A stretch of 64,000 nucleotides of DNA, taken from contig JAJYLD010000001.1 in NCBI GenBank assembly GCA_021788015.1, positions 17,581-81,580 of the forward strand. Direction: 5' to 3'. A program made the translations under genes and the position numbers. This document shows positions 18,364 to 27,087 of this stretch, in pieces (within the stretch, counting starts at the first letter, position 1; the number at the start of each line of letters is the position of its first letter). This stretch comes from a bacterium (GTDB lineage Bacteria; Patescibacteriota; Patescibacteriia; Patescibacteriales; JAKAJF01). The notes beneath the pieces are model-generated. The model worked only from the letters and a program-made list of their open reading frames with translations, was not told the DNA's origin and did not search any database.

Positions 18364-19304
18364 TCAAGCGTTACGACGCGATCCGGTCCTTGAACTTAAG
18401 ATTTCCCGGATTGGAAAATCATATAAAATTCGACGTCAATAAAGATATCTTTTTATTTTACCGGATGTTTGTCGACGATCCGGATTTCTTAATTTGCGCT
18501 TTGATTCAAAATCCTTACGGTCCGACAAAAATAGGAAAAATAAAAACCGCCTTTGGCGACGTGGTGGCGGAAAATATAAAGATTTTAAACCGTTTGCACG
18601 GTTTCGATAAAAGCATTTTGCGTTCGTACGTTCGATATGAAAAAATAATAATATTGTTTTTGCTTAATTTCAAATTCATTTTTGAAGATAAAAAAAACAG
18701 GATGACGAAAAAAGTCTTTAACGGAAAGAAGGTGAGATACGCAATGAAGCTTCTCGAGGAAACGCGCATAAGCCAGGTAAAGAACAATTTGGAAGATTTG
18801 TTTTTTTCTTTTCTCAAACCCGAAATATACGATCATTATTCTTCTTTATTGAATTTGACGAAAAGCATTTATCTGAATCGGGAGAGAGAGATCAAAAAAA
18901 AGTTCGAGAAAATTTTGGAGAAAGAGATGATAAAAGTAAAAACGGAAACGCGGTTAAAATCCGTTTGCAGCATCCATAAAAAAATAATCAAGAAAAATAT
19001 TCTTCTTTCCCAGGTCCTGGACGTGATCGGTTTGAGACTTATCGTGGAAAATGAAGCCGAGTGTTATAAGGTTATGGGAATTATTCTCGCTCATTATCCG
19101 GTTATTTTAAACAAGATTAAAGATTATATCGCCATCCCGAAAGAAAACGGGTACGAAAGCATCCATCTGACGATTTTGCATGGTAATTATCCCCTGGAAA
19201 TTCAAATAAGAACCGAAGAAATGCATGCGATTGCGCAGTATGGCAAAGCCTCTCATTATAATTATAAGAAATACGAGTCCCGTCGTAAGCCGATCGCTGC
19301 GTAA
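18360..19304 (+). CDS. RelA/SpoT homolog: degenerate HD region + (p)ppGpp synthetase domain, no C-terminal regulatory domains
   Basis: Synthetase motifs DVIGLRLIV, DYIAIPKENGYESIHLTI, PLEIQIRTEEMHAIAQYGKASHYNYK. In the N-terminal region, ...DPDFLICALIQNPYGPTKIGKIKTAFGDVVAENIKILNRL aligns to the Rel HD domain but lacks the HD dyad. Confidence 0.85.
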   Translation: MIKRYDAIRSLNLRFPGLENHIKFDVNKDIFLFYRMFVDDPDFLICALIQNPYGPTKIGKIKTAFGDVVAENIKILNRLHGFDKSILRSYVRYEKIIILFLLNFKFIFEDKKNRMTKKVFNGKKVRYAMKLLEETRISQVKNNLEDLFFSFLKPEIYDHYSSLLNLTKSIYLNREREIKKKFEKILEKEMIKVKTETRLKSVCSIHKKIIKKNILLSQVLDVIGLRLIVENEAECYKVMGIILAHYPVILNKIKDYIAIPKENGYESIHLTILHGNYPLEIQIRTEEMHAIAQYGKASHYNYKKYESRRKPIAA

Positions 19305-19319
19305 AAATCAAATTAATTT

Positions 19320-20339
19320 ATGTCAAAGGAACAAAAATTATTCGATAAGGCGGAAACCGATTTAAGCGAAATTTATTCACTTACCTTCAATTCGAGTCCC
19401 AGTCCGATCGTTATCGCGTCTTTTGACGAAGATAAATTTTTTTTAGCCAACGAAAGCTTTTTGCGTCTGGTAGGACTCAACCGCGAAGAAATTATCGGTT
19501 TTCGGGCTCCCGATCTAAAAATCGGTTTGAACAATCGGGACAGAAATATCGTGAAACAAATTTTGAACAGGAAAAAATGGTTTCGAAATTTGGAATATGA
19601 TTTTCTGATTAAAACCGGAGAAAAGAGAAGCGTTCTTTTGTCCGCGGAACTTGTGGAAATTAAAAATCAGAAAAGCGTTTTATACGCGATCGTCGATATC
19701 ACCGATCGCAAAGCGATGGAAGAAGAATTAAGGAAGGCGAGAAATCAGCTGGAAGAACGAGTAAAAGAAAGGACGCGAGAACTTGAAAAATTGAACGGAT
19801 CTCTTCTTGAATCGTACAGGCATCTCGGAATCATCAACCGTCAAATTTCCATCTTTTTGAATTTAAATAAAAAAACGGGGGAAAACGCGAGAGAGATTGT
19901 CGAATATGTTTTAAATTCCGCAATCAGTCTTTCGCGCGCCGATGCCGGCATTATTTACGCAGTTGACGAAAACGATATGAGCTTGCGCCTTCTGGCCAGC
20001 AACGAGACCGATAAAAAAATAAGAAAAATTATCGAGAATTTGCCCTTGCAATCCTCCAAGTCGTTACTTTCTTTGATTACAAAGAGAATAAGACTGCAAG
20101 GAATGATTCAGCAGTATAATTTAAAAAAATTGAGCCTTAACAATAAAATCAATTATTTTGTCATGATTCCTCTGGCCGCGGACGGAAAGGTCAGAGGTTC
20201 TTTGTTTTTGGGGTTTTTCGAGGTGCAAAATTTGTCAATTCAGGAATTAGATTTCTTCGAAGCCTTTGCCATGCAAGCGGCCGTCGCCCTGTCGAGATTG
20301 CATGTTTTTTTCGAAAAGAATAATCATGAGGAGGTTTAG
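19320..20339 (+). CDS. PAS domain - coiled coil - GAF-like sensor protein without recognisable output domain
   Basis: 339 aa. PAS-like N-terminus (SPSPIVIASFDEDKFFLANESFLRLVGLNREEIIG...AIVDITDRK), a coiled coil (EELRKARNQLEERVKERTRELEKLN) and a GAF-like C-terminus. Confidence 0.7.
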   Translation: MSKEQKLFDKAETDLSEIYSLTFNSSPSPIVIASFDEDKFFLANESFLRLVGLNREEIIGFRAPDLKIGLNNRDRNIVKQILNRKKWFRNLEYDFLIKTGEKRSVLLSAELVEIKNQKSVLYAIVDITDRKAMEEELRKARNQLEERVKERTRELEKLNGSLLESYRHLGIINRQISIFLNLNKKTGENAREIVEYVLNSAISLSRADAGIIYAVDENDMSLRLLASNETDKKIRKIIENLPLQSSKSLLSLITKRIRLQGMIQQYNLKKLSLNNKINYFVMIPLAADGKVRGSLFLGFFEVQNLSIQELDFFEAFAMQAAVALSRLHVFFEKNNHEEV

Positions 20340-20462
20340 ATCTCGTATCGTATATCATAATCGCGGTTAACTGACAAAATGAGATATGTGATATGGGACA
20401 CGCGATACGTGTTCGTAATTTTTCTCGACAGATCGGGTGAAATGGTGTATAATGCTAAGGCT

Positions 20463-21356
20463 ATGTCGAAGTATTTTTTCATTTTTGTTTTGCTTTTGCT
20501 GCCTTTTTTATTTTTTTATTCTAGGTTTGAAGAAAATAGAGCGTTTAAGCAAAATTTCGATGTGGAAAAAACGTTTACAACCGGCGATTCCGGCAATACC
20601 GCGCGAAACGCCGTTCAGAGTTTTTCTTTTACTTCGAAAATTCCCGACGCTCCCGCAGTTTCCGACCCCGCAATCTCCGTTCCCCCCAAAACGATGCTTA
20701 ACCACACTAAAACTTCCGTCCCGGCGACCCCCCCAATCTTATCGTCCGCAAATTTGACATCCGCCGGCTCTTCAACAATCCTAGAAGACGTGCCCTTTAC
20801 TTCTCAAGCTCCTTTCGGAGAATGGAGCGACCCGCGTCAAGAGAATGGGTGCGAGGAGGCTTCCGCGCTTATGGCCGTGAAATGGGCGAGAGGAGAAAGC
20901 GATTTAAGCAAGACCGAAGCGGAACAAACTATCCTTGACGCATCAAATTGGGAGGAGAAAACTTACGGCGATTACCATGATACTTCGGCTAAAGATACGG
21001 CGGAAAGAATTTTTAAGGGTTATTTCCATTATGACAATATCGAGGTAAAATATAATATATCGGCTAATGATATTGTTCATGAACTTCAAGGTGGCAATCT
21101 GGTGATTGTGCCGATGGACGGGCAACTTTTAAATGATCCGTACTATACCGCGCCCGGTCCGGATATGCACATGATTTTGGTGATCGGGTACAACCCTGTC
21201 GCAAAAGAATTCATAACCAACGATCCGGGGACAGAAAGAGGAGAGCGATACCGTTATCCCGAAAATGTATTCTATAACGCCATTCGCGATTATCCGACCG
21301 GAGATCATGAGTCGATAGTGGGAGTGAAGAAGGATATGATTGTGGTGAGCAAATAG
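20463..21356 (+). CDS. secreted C39-like cysteine peptidase domain protein
   Basis: ATG at 20463 (MSKYFFIFVLLLLPFLFF, signal/TM), a P/S/T-rich linker, then DVPFTSQAPFGEWSDPRQENGCEEASALMA, typical of Peptidase_C39_2-type domains. Confidence 0.75.
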   Translation: MSKYFFIFVLLLLPFLFFYSRFEENRAFKQNFDVEKTFTTGDSGNTARNAVQSFSFTSKIPDAPAVSDPAISVPPKTMLNHTKTSVPATPPILSSANLTSAGSSTILEDVPFTSQAPFGEWSDPRQENGCEEASALMAVKWARGESDLSKTEAEQTILDASNWEEKTYGDYHDTSAKDTAERIFKGYFHYDNIEVKYNISANDIVHELQGGNLVIVPMDGQLLNDPYYTAPGPDMHMILVIGYNPVAKEFITNDPGTERGERYRYPENVFYNAIRDYPTGDHESIVGVKKDMIVVSK

Positions 21357-21613
21357 ATAAGTAAAATCTATCTAAAAAATAGCTTTATGTCCGATATGAA
21401 CGCAAAATTAACAGTTAATAATTTTGCATTTTAAATTGTCACTTTGATTTTTCTGTGCGGATTGCGCTTCGTCATAGTCTCTCGGAGAGGAATCTGATGC
21501 CATGATCGGCACACAACCTCGCAATTGCTCTATGCCCAAAATGAGCTGAACTAATACAGAGATTTGACTTTTTTCCGGATTTGTCTTAATCTAAATATAG
21601 GAAACTTAAGCGG

Positions 21614-21640
21614 ATTCTGCTTTAACGGGCAGAATTTTTT
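21614..21640 (+). terminator. intrinsic terminator
   Basis: ATTCTGC-TTTAACGG-GCAGAAT followed by T6. Ends a possible non-coding transcript from the 21.4-21.6 kb gap. Confidence 0.65.
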
Positions 21641-21656
21641 AATCCCCACACCAATT

Positions 21657-21860
21657 ATGCTTTGTGTTCACGTTTTAAAAAGCAGAAAAGATCATAATTT
21701 ATATACCGGTTCTACAAACGATCTAAAGAAAAGACTCAAAGAGCATAATCTGGGCAGGGTGGATTCTACAATATTTCGCAGGCATTTCGAGTTAATTTAT
21801 TATGAATCATATAAACATATAAAAATGAAAAAGACGCTCGCCAAAGAGAACATAATTTAA
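21657..21860 (+). pseudogene. GIY-YIG (UPF0213/YhbQ-like) nuclease gene, degenerate and truncated
   Basis: MLCVHVLKSRKDHNLYTGSTNDLKKRLKEHNLGRV... matches the GIY-YIG N-terminal half (YxYILxS...LYxGxTxDLxxRLxxHN). It ends early at TAA 21858. Family-like sequence (..REHNLKLRSRALAQLKKR) continues in another frame. Confidence 0.6.
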
Positions 21861-21945
21861 AATTAAGAAGCAGGGCCCTGGCCCAACTTAAAAAACGCAT
21901 TCAAGAAAGTTTAAAATCATTTAAACATAATTGGTGTGGGGACGT

Positions 21946-23739
21946 ATGGAAATACGAAATATAGCTATAATAGCGCATGTTGATCATGGCAAAACAACTT
22001 TAACCGACGCGTTGATGCGGCAGACCGGGATGGCTGCCGAAGGCGTGAGTATGGATTCGAACGCTTTGGAACAGGAGCGGGGAATTACCATTTATTCAAA
22101 AAATACATCCGTTTTTTACAAAGATACGAAAATCAATATCGTCGATACCCCGGGTCATGCCGATTTCGGTTCCGAAGTCGAGCGCGTTTTAAGATCGATT
22201 GATTCCGTTCTCTTGGTGGTGGACGCGCAGGAAGGACCGATGCCCCAGACGAAATTCGTTTTGAAAAAATCGCTTGAGCTCGGTTTAAAACCAATCGTGG
22301 TGATAAACAAAATCGACAAACCCGCCGCCCGTCCCGACGCCGTTCATGAACTTGTTTTTGAATTATTCATGGACCTCGGAGCGAATGACGGGCAACTCGA
22401 TTTTACGACGGTTTACGCGATCGCAAAGCGGGGAATCGCAAAAATGAAGCTGGAAGACGATTCCAAAGACTTGGCCCCGCTACTCGACACGATTTTAAAA
22501 GAAGTGAAACCGGCTTCGTCGGACGAACTCGCGGATAAGCCGCTTCGCGCCCAGCCGTTCAATTTGGGTTATGACAATTTTCTCGGGCGGCTTGCCATCG
22601 GGAGAATTTACGAAGGAAAAATAAAAAGCGGCGAAAATGTTTTTGTCAAAAAAAATAACGGCGAAGCGAAACAGGGGAAAGTCGTAAAACTTTTTACTTT
22701 TCACGGACTCGACAAAAAAGAAGTCGACGAAGCGTCCGCCGGTGACATCGTCATGATCGCGGGGCTCTCGGACGCTTACATCGGCGACACTATTTGCGCA
22801 TCGCCGGATCAGGAACTTTTGCCGTCGATTGAAATAGACGAGCCCACGATTTCTTTGAATTTTTTAGTAAACAATTCCCCTTTTGCCGGCCGCGAAGGAA
22901 AGTTCGTCACTACTCGCCAAATTAAAGAAAGACTGGAAAAGGAACTCGAAATCAATGTCGGCTTGCGAATCGATTTTTCTTCATCCGACCATTATAAAGT
23001 TTATGGCCGCGGCGAACTACATATCGCCATTTTACTTGAAAATATGAGGCGCGAAGGTTATGAATTGCAGGTTTCGCAGCCGCATGTAATTATTAAAGAG
23101 GAAGGCGGACAAAAATTGGAACCGTTTGAAGAGGCGACAATCGATATTCCCGACGAAATGTCCGGAGTCGTGATTGAAAAAATGTCAAAACGAAAAGGAA
23201 CCATGACCGAGATGCGGCCGGAGCATGGTCATACGCGTCTGGTTTTTGAAATTCCGACGCGTGGGCTTTTGGGTTATCGCGGAGAATTCACGATCGATAC
23301 CCGCGGCGAAGGCATCCTTTGCACTCGGGTTATCGGTTTTAGGCCGCATGTCGGCGAGATCGAAAAGAATTATTTAGGCTCAATGATTTCCATGGCGACC
23401 GGCAAGGCTTTGGCGTTTTCGCTTTGGAATTTGCAGGAACGGGGGACTTTATATATCGGACCGAACACGGACGTTTACGAAGGCATGGTCATCGGCAATG
23501 TTTCGAAAGGAAATGATTTAACCGTCAACCCGATTAAGGGCAAACAGCTTACAAACATCCGCGCTTCCGGGTCGGACGAAGCGATTCGTTTGACTCCGCC
23601 GCTCGAACTCTCGCTCGAACGCGCTCTGGAAATTATGAATGATGATGAATATCTTGAAATCACGCCAAAAAGTATCCGCTTGCGCAAGCAGTATTTGACG
23701 GAAGTTGAAAGAGTGAGAGCGTTTAGAAAAAATTCGTAG
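21946..23739 (+). CDS. typA: translational GTPase TypA/BipA
   Basis: Start at MEIRNIAIIAHVDHGKTTLTDALM. G-motifs DTPGHADF and NKIDK. Full-length similarity pattern to BipA. Confidence 0.95.
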   Translation: MEIRNIAIIAHVDHGKTTLTDALMRQTGMAAEGVSMDSNALEQERGITIYSKNTSVFYKDTKINIVDTPGHADFGSEVERVLRSIDSVLLVVDAQEGPMPQTKFVLKKSLELGLKPIVVINKIDKPAARPDAVHELVFELFMDLGANDGQLDFTTVYAIAKRGIAKMKLEDDSKDLAPLLDTILKEVKPASSDELADKPLRAQPFNLGYDNFLGRLAIGRIYEGKIKSGENVFVKKNNGEAKQGKVVKLFTFHGLDKKEVDEASAGDIVMIAGLSDAYIGDTICASPDQELLPSIEIDEPTISLNFLVNNSPFAGREGKFVTTRQIKERLEKELEINVGLRIDFSSSDHYKVYGRGELHIAILLENMRREGYELQVSQPHVIIKEEGGQKLEPFEEATIDIPDEMSGVVIEKMSKRKGTMTEMRPEHGHTRLVFEIPTRGLLGYRGEFTIDTRGEGILCTRVIGFRPHVGEIEKNYLGSMISMATGKALAFSLWNLQERGTLYIGPNTDVYEGMVIGNVSKGNDLTVNPIKGKQLTNIRASGSDEAIRLTPPLELSLERALEIMNDDEYLEITPKSIRLRKQYLTEVERVRAFRKNS

Positions 23740-23744
23740 GTTTG

Positions 23745-23963
23745 TTATTCTTTATTATTCTTTTTTCGTTTTATCATTTTTCTCATCACCGCTCCTCCGA
23801 TTAACGCGGTTGCTCCGGCAACCGCGTTTTTGATTTTCTTTTTCTGGCCCTCGTCCAAGTTATCGTATTTTTCTTTTGCCACCTTTAAAATTTCTTTCAA
23901 GTCTTCGGCGAGAGCGGAAATGTCATCTTTGATTTTTTCGATTTTGACTTTTTTGGCAGGCAT
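23745..23963 (-). CDS. small coiled-coil protein with C-terminal TM helix (YtxH-like?)
   Basis: 72-aa ORF, convergent with typA. KNAVAGATALIGGAVM is a hydrophobic segment. Family uncertain. Confidence 0.45.
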   Translation of the reverse strand: MPAKKVKIEKIKDDISALAEDLKEILKVAKEKYDNLDEGQKKKIKNAVAGATALIGGAVMRKMIKRKKNNKE

Positions 23964-24090
23964 ATGATAAATATTAATTTTTCTATTTTAGCATAAATTT
24001 GCATTTTTGGAAAGCAAAATGCCCATTTCTTGACTAATGCTGAATTTTGTATTTAAAATTAATTATAAATATAAAGGATGGAGGGCGTTC

Positions 24091-24423
24091 ATGACGACTG
24101 CAACTACGGATAAGAAACAGACTGCAGAAGAGAAACGGGAAAAATGGAAAGATGAACTGATCCCTTTGCTGAAGAGGCTGCAAAAAAACACATCGACAAG
24201 CATCCTCCTCGATCCGGAGGAAAAAAAGGAAAAGCTTTCGTTCATTGAAGGCCTCATTGCCGAGGTAGAAACAAATCCTTCGACGGGCCGCTGCAGTTGC
24301 GGCAAGTTCATTGAACCCGGCAGGATAATAGCCAGGCTCAAGTTAAATGGGGATTGTGCGATATGCGCCCGCAGAAAAAGCAAGCGGGCCATGTCTTCCG
24401 GCAAAAAAATATACGCCCTCTAA
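24091..24423 (+). CDS. small zinc-ribbon protein, TraR/DksA-like C-terminus
   Basis: ATG at 24091 behind the RBS ggatggaggg. The C-terminus CSCGKFIEPGRIIARLKLNGDCAICARR (CxC...CxxC) resembles a TraR/DksA finger. Confidence 0.5.
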   Translation: MTTATTDKKQTAEEKREKWKDELIPLLKRLQKNTSTSILLDPEEKKEKLSFIEGLIAEVETNPSTGRCSCGKFIEPGRIIARLKLNGDCAICARRKSKRAMSSGKKIYAL

Positions 24424-24436
24424 ATGCATTTTCTTT

Positions 24437-24465
24437 AGACCTGAAATTCATCTCAGGTCTTTTTT
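24437..24465 (+). terminator. intrinsic terminator
   Basis: AGACCTGA-AATTCATC-TCAGGTCT followed by T5, then a TTGACA promoter-like hexamer at 24468. Confidence 0.8.
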
Positions 24466-24622
24466 CTTGACAAAAAACAAAATTTGTTTTTAGATGGAAT
24501 TAAACACAAGGGGGTTGGTGGGAAAGAATAAAGAGGAAAGGAGGTTATTTAGACTCAACTCCATGTTCATTTTCATTCTGGGGGATTAATTTCCAAGTTC
24601 ATCTACTCACAGAGGAGGCGTC

Positions 24623-25018
24623 ATGTCTGGAAAAAAGAAAACATGGGAAGAGGAGGCTTTGGAAATCCTTCTGTCTCTGAAAAAGAAGGAAGAAGCGGGA
24701 TTAAATAATCTCCTTGAACAGGAGAGAAAGGAAAGAAGCGAAAACCCGCGTCAGGAATTCGAACCTGACGAAATGGTCTCTCAGACCGTTCCTCTGGATG
24801 ACATAATATCCAGAACAAGGAAAAGGGTCGAGGCCATTAAAACGGCCATCGAGAGACACAAAAAAGGTAATTACGGTATCTGCCAGGGCGAAGGCTGCGG
24901 CGAGCAGATAGACATTAAAAGGCTCAAAGCCCAACCTTTTGCTCTACTCTGCCTTAAGTGCCAGGGTGAAAAAGAAAAAAAAGAAGTCCACAAAAGGATT
25001 AATCCCGCCTACGCATGA
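24623..25018 (+). CDS. TraR/DksA family C4-type zinc finger protein
   Basis: RBS agaggaggcgtc. C-terminus YGICQGEGCGEQIDIKRLKAQPFALLCLKCQGEKE matches the TraR/DksA finger (..CG..I...RL.A.P.A..C..CQ). Confidence 0.7.
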   Translation: MSGKKKTWEEEALEILLSLKKKEEAGLNNLLEQERKERSENPRQEFEPDEMVSQTVPLDDIISRTRKRVEAIKTAIERHKKGNYGICQGEGCGEQIDIKRLKAQPFALLCLKCQGEKEKKEVHKRINPAYA

Positions 25019-25219
25019 TCCCCCTCGAAAGAGAGGTGACCCTAGGCTCCCATCTCCAAAAATGGGTGTCCGCGCGCGGGTCTCTCTCGCAGGGGATCAT
25101 CCCTGTCCTTCCAAAAAAATAAAAGGGCGAGTCCAGTTCCCACGGACCCGCCTTTCTCTTTTTTAATTTAATCTCGAAAGAGATTTTTTTGTTAGACGCT
25201 GCGCTGGACCCTGCTTTTT

Positions 25220-25310
25220 GCCCGCCTGTCCGGTAGGCAGGTAACTAAAAAGTAAGCAAAAAGTTTCGGGGCTCCAACCTGCCTGCCGCCTGCCTGTCCG
25301 ATAGGCAGGC
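25220..25310. repeat. two GC-rich REP-like hairpins (GCCTGCCT-AYCGGAC-AGGCAGGC)
   Basis: The copy at 25288-25310 is a perfect 8-bp stem. The copy at 25220-25242 is degenerate. Track ORF 25163..25357(-) is just their translation (PTGQAG/RTGRRQAG). Confidence 0.55.
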
Positions 25311-25450
25311 TCAATTCCGCCCCCAAACCCCGCGGTGTTCTGAATACCGATTTTCAAGTCACAACTTTTATTTTTGCGTTATGTGAAAGATAATTTTGCC
25401 CAAAATGTAAAAATAAGGTATAATAAAAATATTAAACGTTACTCTTTGTT

Positions 25451-26527
25451 ATGGACAAGGAAAAAGTCATAAACATAAGCTTCACGACCGGAACCGTAAT
25501 TAAAATAGTTTTGATTTTTTTGCTTCTTTATTTTCTTTATTTAATAAGCGACATTCTCGCCATCCTTTTCGTCTCTTTGATTTTGGCGAGCGCGTTCGAC
25601 CCTTGGGTGGACTGGATGCAATCCAAAAAAATTCCCCGAGCGGCGGGGATTCTCTTTATTTATCTTGTTTTGGCCATAGTCATAGGTTCGTCGATTTATC
25701 TCATCATTCCTCCCATTGCCCAGCAAATCGGCGAGCTTTCGAACGATTTTCCAAAGTATCTAGATAAAATAATTTCGGAATACAGGACCGTCCAACAATT
25801 CACCGTCCAGCACAGCATTCTAAACAGTATCCGCGAGAGTTTGGGAAGCGTGAGTTCGAATTTGCAAAAAGCCGCCACCAGCATCTTCTCGACCGTAACC
25901 GGAATATTCGGAGGCATTTTTTCTTTCTTTTTGATCGTGATTATAACTTTTTACATGGTTGTCGAAGAGAACGCGATAAAAAAATTGATTTGGTCGGTCG
26001 CGCCCTCAGAACATCAGCCCTATTTGATACATCTCGTCAATCGCATGCAGAAGAAAATCGGTCTTTGGCTTCGAGGTCAGCTTATGGTAAGTCTCGCGAT
26101 TTTTCTTTTGGACTTTATCGGTTTGACCATTTTGGGAGTGAAGTACGCTTTGATTTTGGGACTGATCGGCGGAATCGCCGAAGTCGTCCCTTACGTCGGT
26201 CCGATTTTGGCTGCCATTCCCGGCGTGTTTATCGCTTTTACCCAAGCGCCGATTTTGGCTTTGTTCGCCGCGGTTTTGTATGAAATAGTCCATCTTATCG
26301 AAGGAAATATCTTGGTTCCGAAAATTATGGAGAAAGCCGTCGGTTTGAATCCGATTGTCAGCATCAGCGTATTGTTAATCGGTTTCAAGGTGGGCGGAAT
26401 CGTCGGCGCGGTAATTTCGATTCCGGTGGCGACGGCGGTAAGCGTTTTTGTGAAAGATATTTTCGATCATAAAGCCGCCGCCGAAAAAACCTTTGACGAC
26501 ATTGAAAAAAACATAGACACGTTTTAA
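25451..26527 (+). CDS. AI-2E family transporter (PerM/UPF0118)
   Basis: 358 aa, polytopic, with the usual AI-2E layout including ...GLIGGIAEVVPYVGPILAAIPGV... and ..EGNILVPKIM... Confidence 0.85.
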   Translation: MDKEKVINISFTTGTVIKIVLIFLLLYFLYLISDILAILFVSLILASAFDPWVDWMQSKKIPRAAGILFIYLVLAIVIGSSIYLIIPPIAQQIGELSNDFPKYLDKIISEYRTVQQFTVQHSILNSIRESLGSVSSNLQKAATSIFSTVTGIFGGIFSFFLIVIITFYMVVEENAIKKLIWSVAPSEHQPYLIHLVNRMQKKIGLWLRGQLMVSLAIFLLDFIGLTILGVKYALILGLIGGIAEVVPYVGPILAAIPGVFIAFTQAPILALFAAVLYEIVHLIEGNILVPKIMEKAVGLNPIVSISVLLIGFKVGGIVGAVISIPVATAVSVFVKDIFDHKAAAEKTFDDIEKNIDTF

Positions 26528-26566
26528 AGTTGAATCACGAAAACAAATCGCATAAATCGGAAATAT

Positions 26567-26977
26567 ATGCAATATGAGATTTTAGAACACCCCGGCGATA
26601 TTAAAATCCGAATTTTTGGAAAAGACGATAAAGAACTTTTTGCAAACGCCGCGCTCGGAATGACATCGTACATTTATGGACAAAAAATAACAGAGGACAG
26701 GCAGGGGCCTGTCTTTTTTGAAACCGCGGAAATTCGTTCGCCGGACAAGGAAGCGTTGCTCGTAGACTGGCTTTCGGAAATTTTGTACAGGAGCGAAACA
26801 AACAAACGCGCTTATACCGATTATGAAATTTTGGATATAAAAGAAACTGATTTAAAGGCGAAAATAGGTTCGATTGAAGCAAAAGCGATTGAAGATATAA
26901 AAGCGGTCACCTACAGCGGATTGAAAATAGAAAAAGAAAAAGACCATTGGGAAGCCGAAGTGGTATTTGATATATAA
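26567..26977 (+). CDS. archease
   Basis: 136 aa. The start MQYEILEHPGDIKIRIFG and the end ...VKAVTYSGLKIEKEKDHWEAEVVFDI are typical of archease. Adjacent to rtcB. Confidence 0.85.
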   Translation: MQYEILEHPGDIKIRIFGKDDKELFANAALGMTSYIYGQKITEDRQGPVFFETAEIRSPDKEALLVDWLSEILYRSETNKRAYTDYEILDIKETDLKAKIGSIEAKAIEDIKAVTYSGLKIEKEKDHWEAEVVFDI

Positions 26978-26980
26978 AGA

Positions 26981-27080
26981 AGTCAAAACTCAAATGTCAA
27001 AAGTCGAAATCACAACTCAAAATTCAAAAGTTTTTAGTTTCGCGATTTAATTTTAAGTTTTGCGTTTTGAGATTTGAGTT
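26981..27080. repeat. AT-rich palindromic intergenic element (caaaactcaaa family), copy 2
   Basis: agtcaaaactcaaatgtcaaaagtcgaaatcacaactcaaaattcaaaag...ttttaagttttgcgttttgagatttgagtt. Shares long word blocks with the copies at 8179 and 38001. Confidence 0.6.
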
Positions 27081-27087
27081 AATATTT

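Noticed and set aside
25163-25357. The 64-aa minus-strand ORF with PTGQAG/RTGRRQAG motifs.
   Set aside because: It is the translation of two GC-rich REP-like hairpins. It has no RBS or start context, so it is treated as non-coding repeat sequence.
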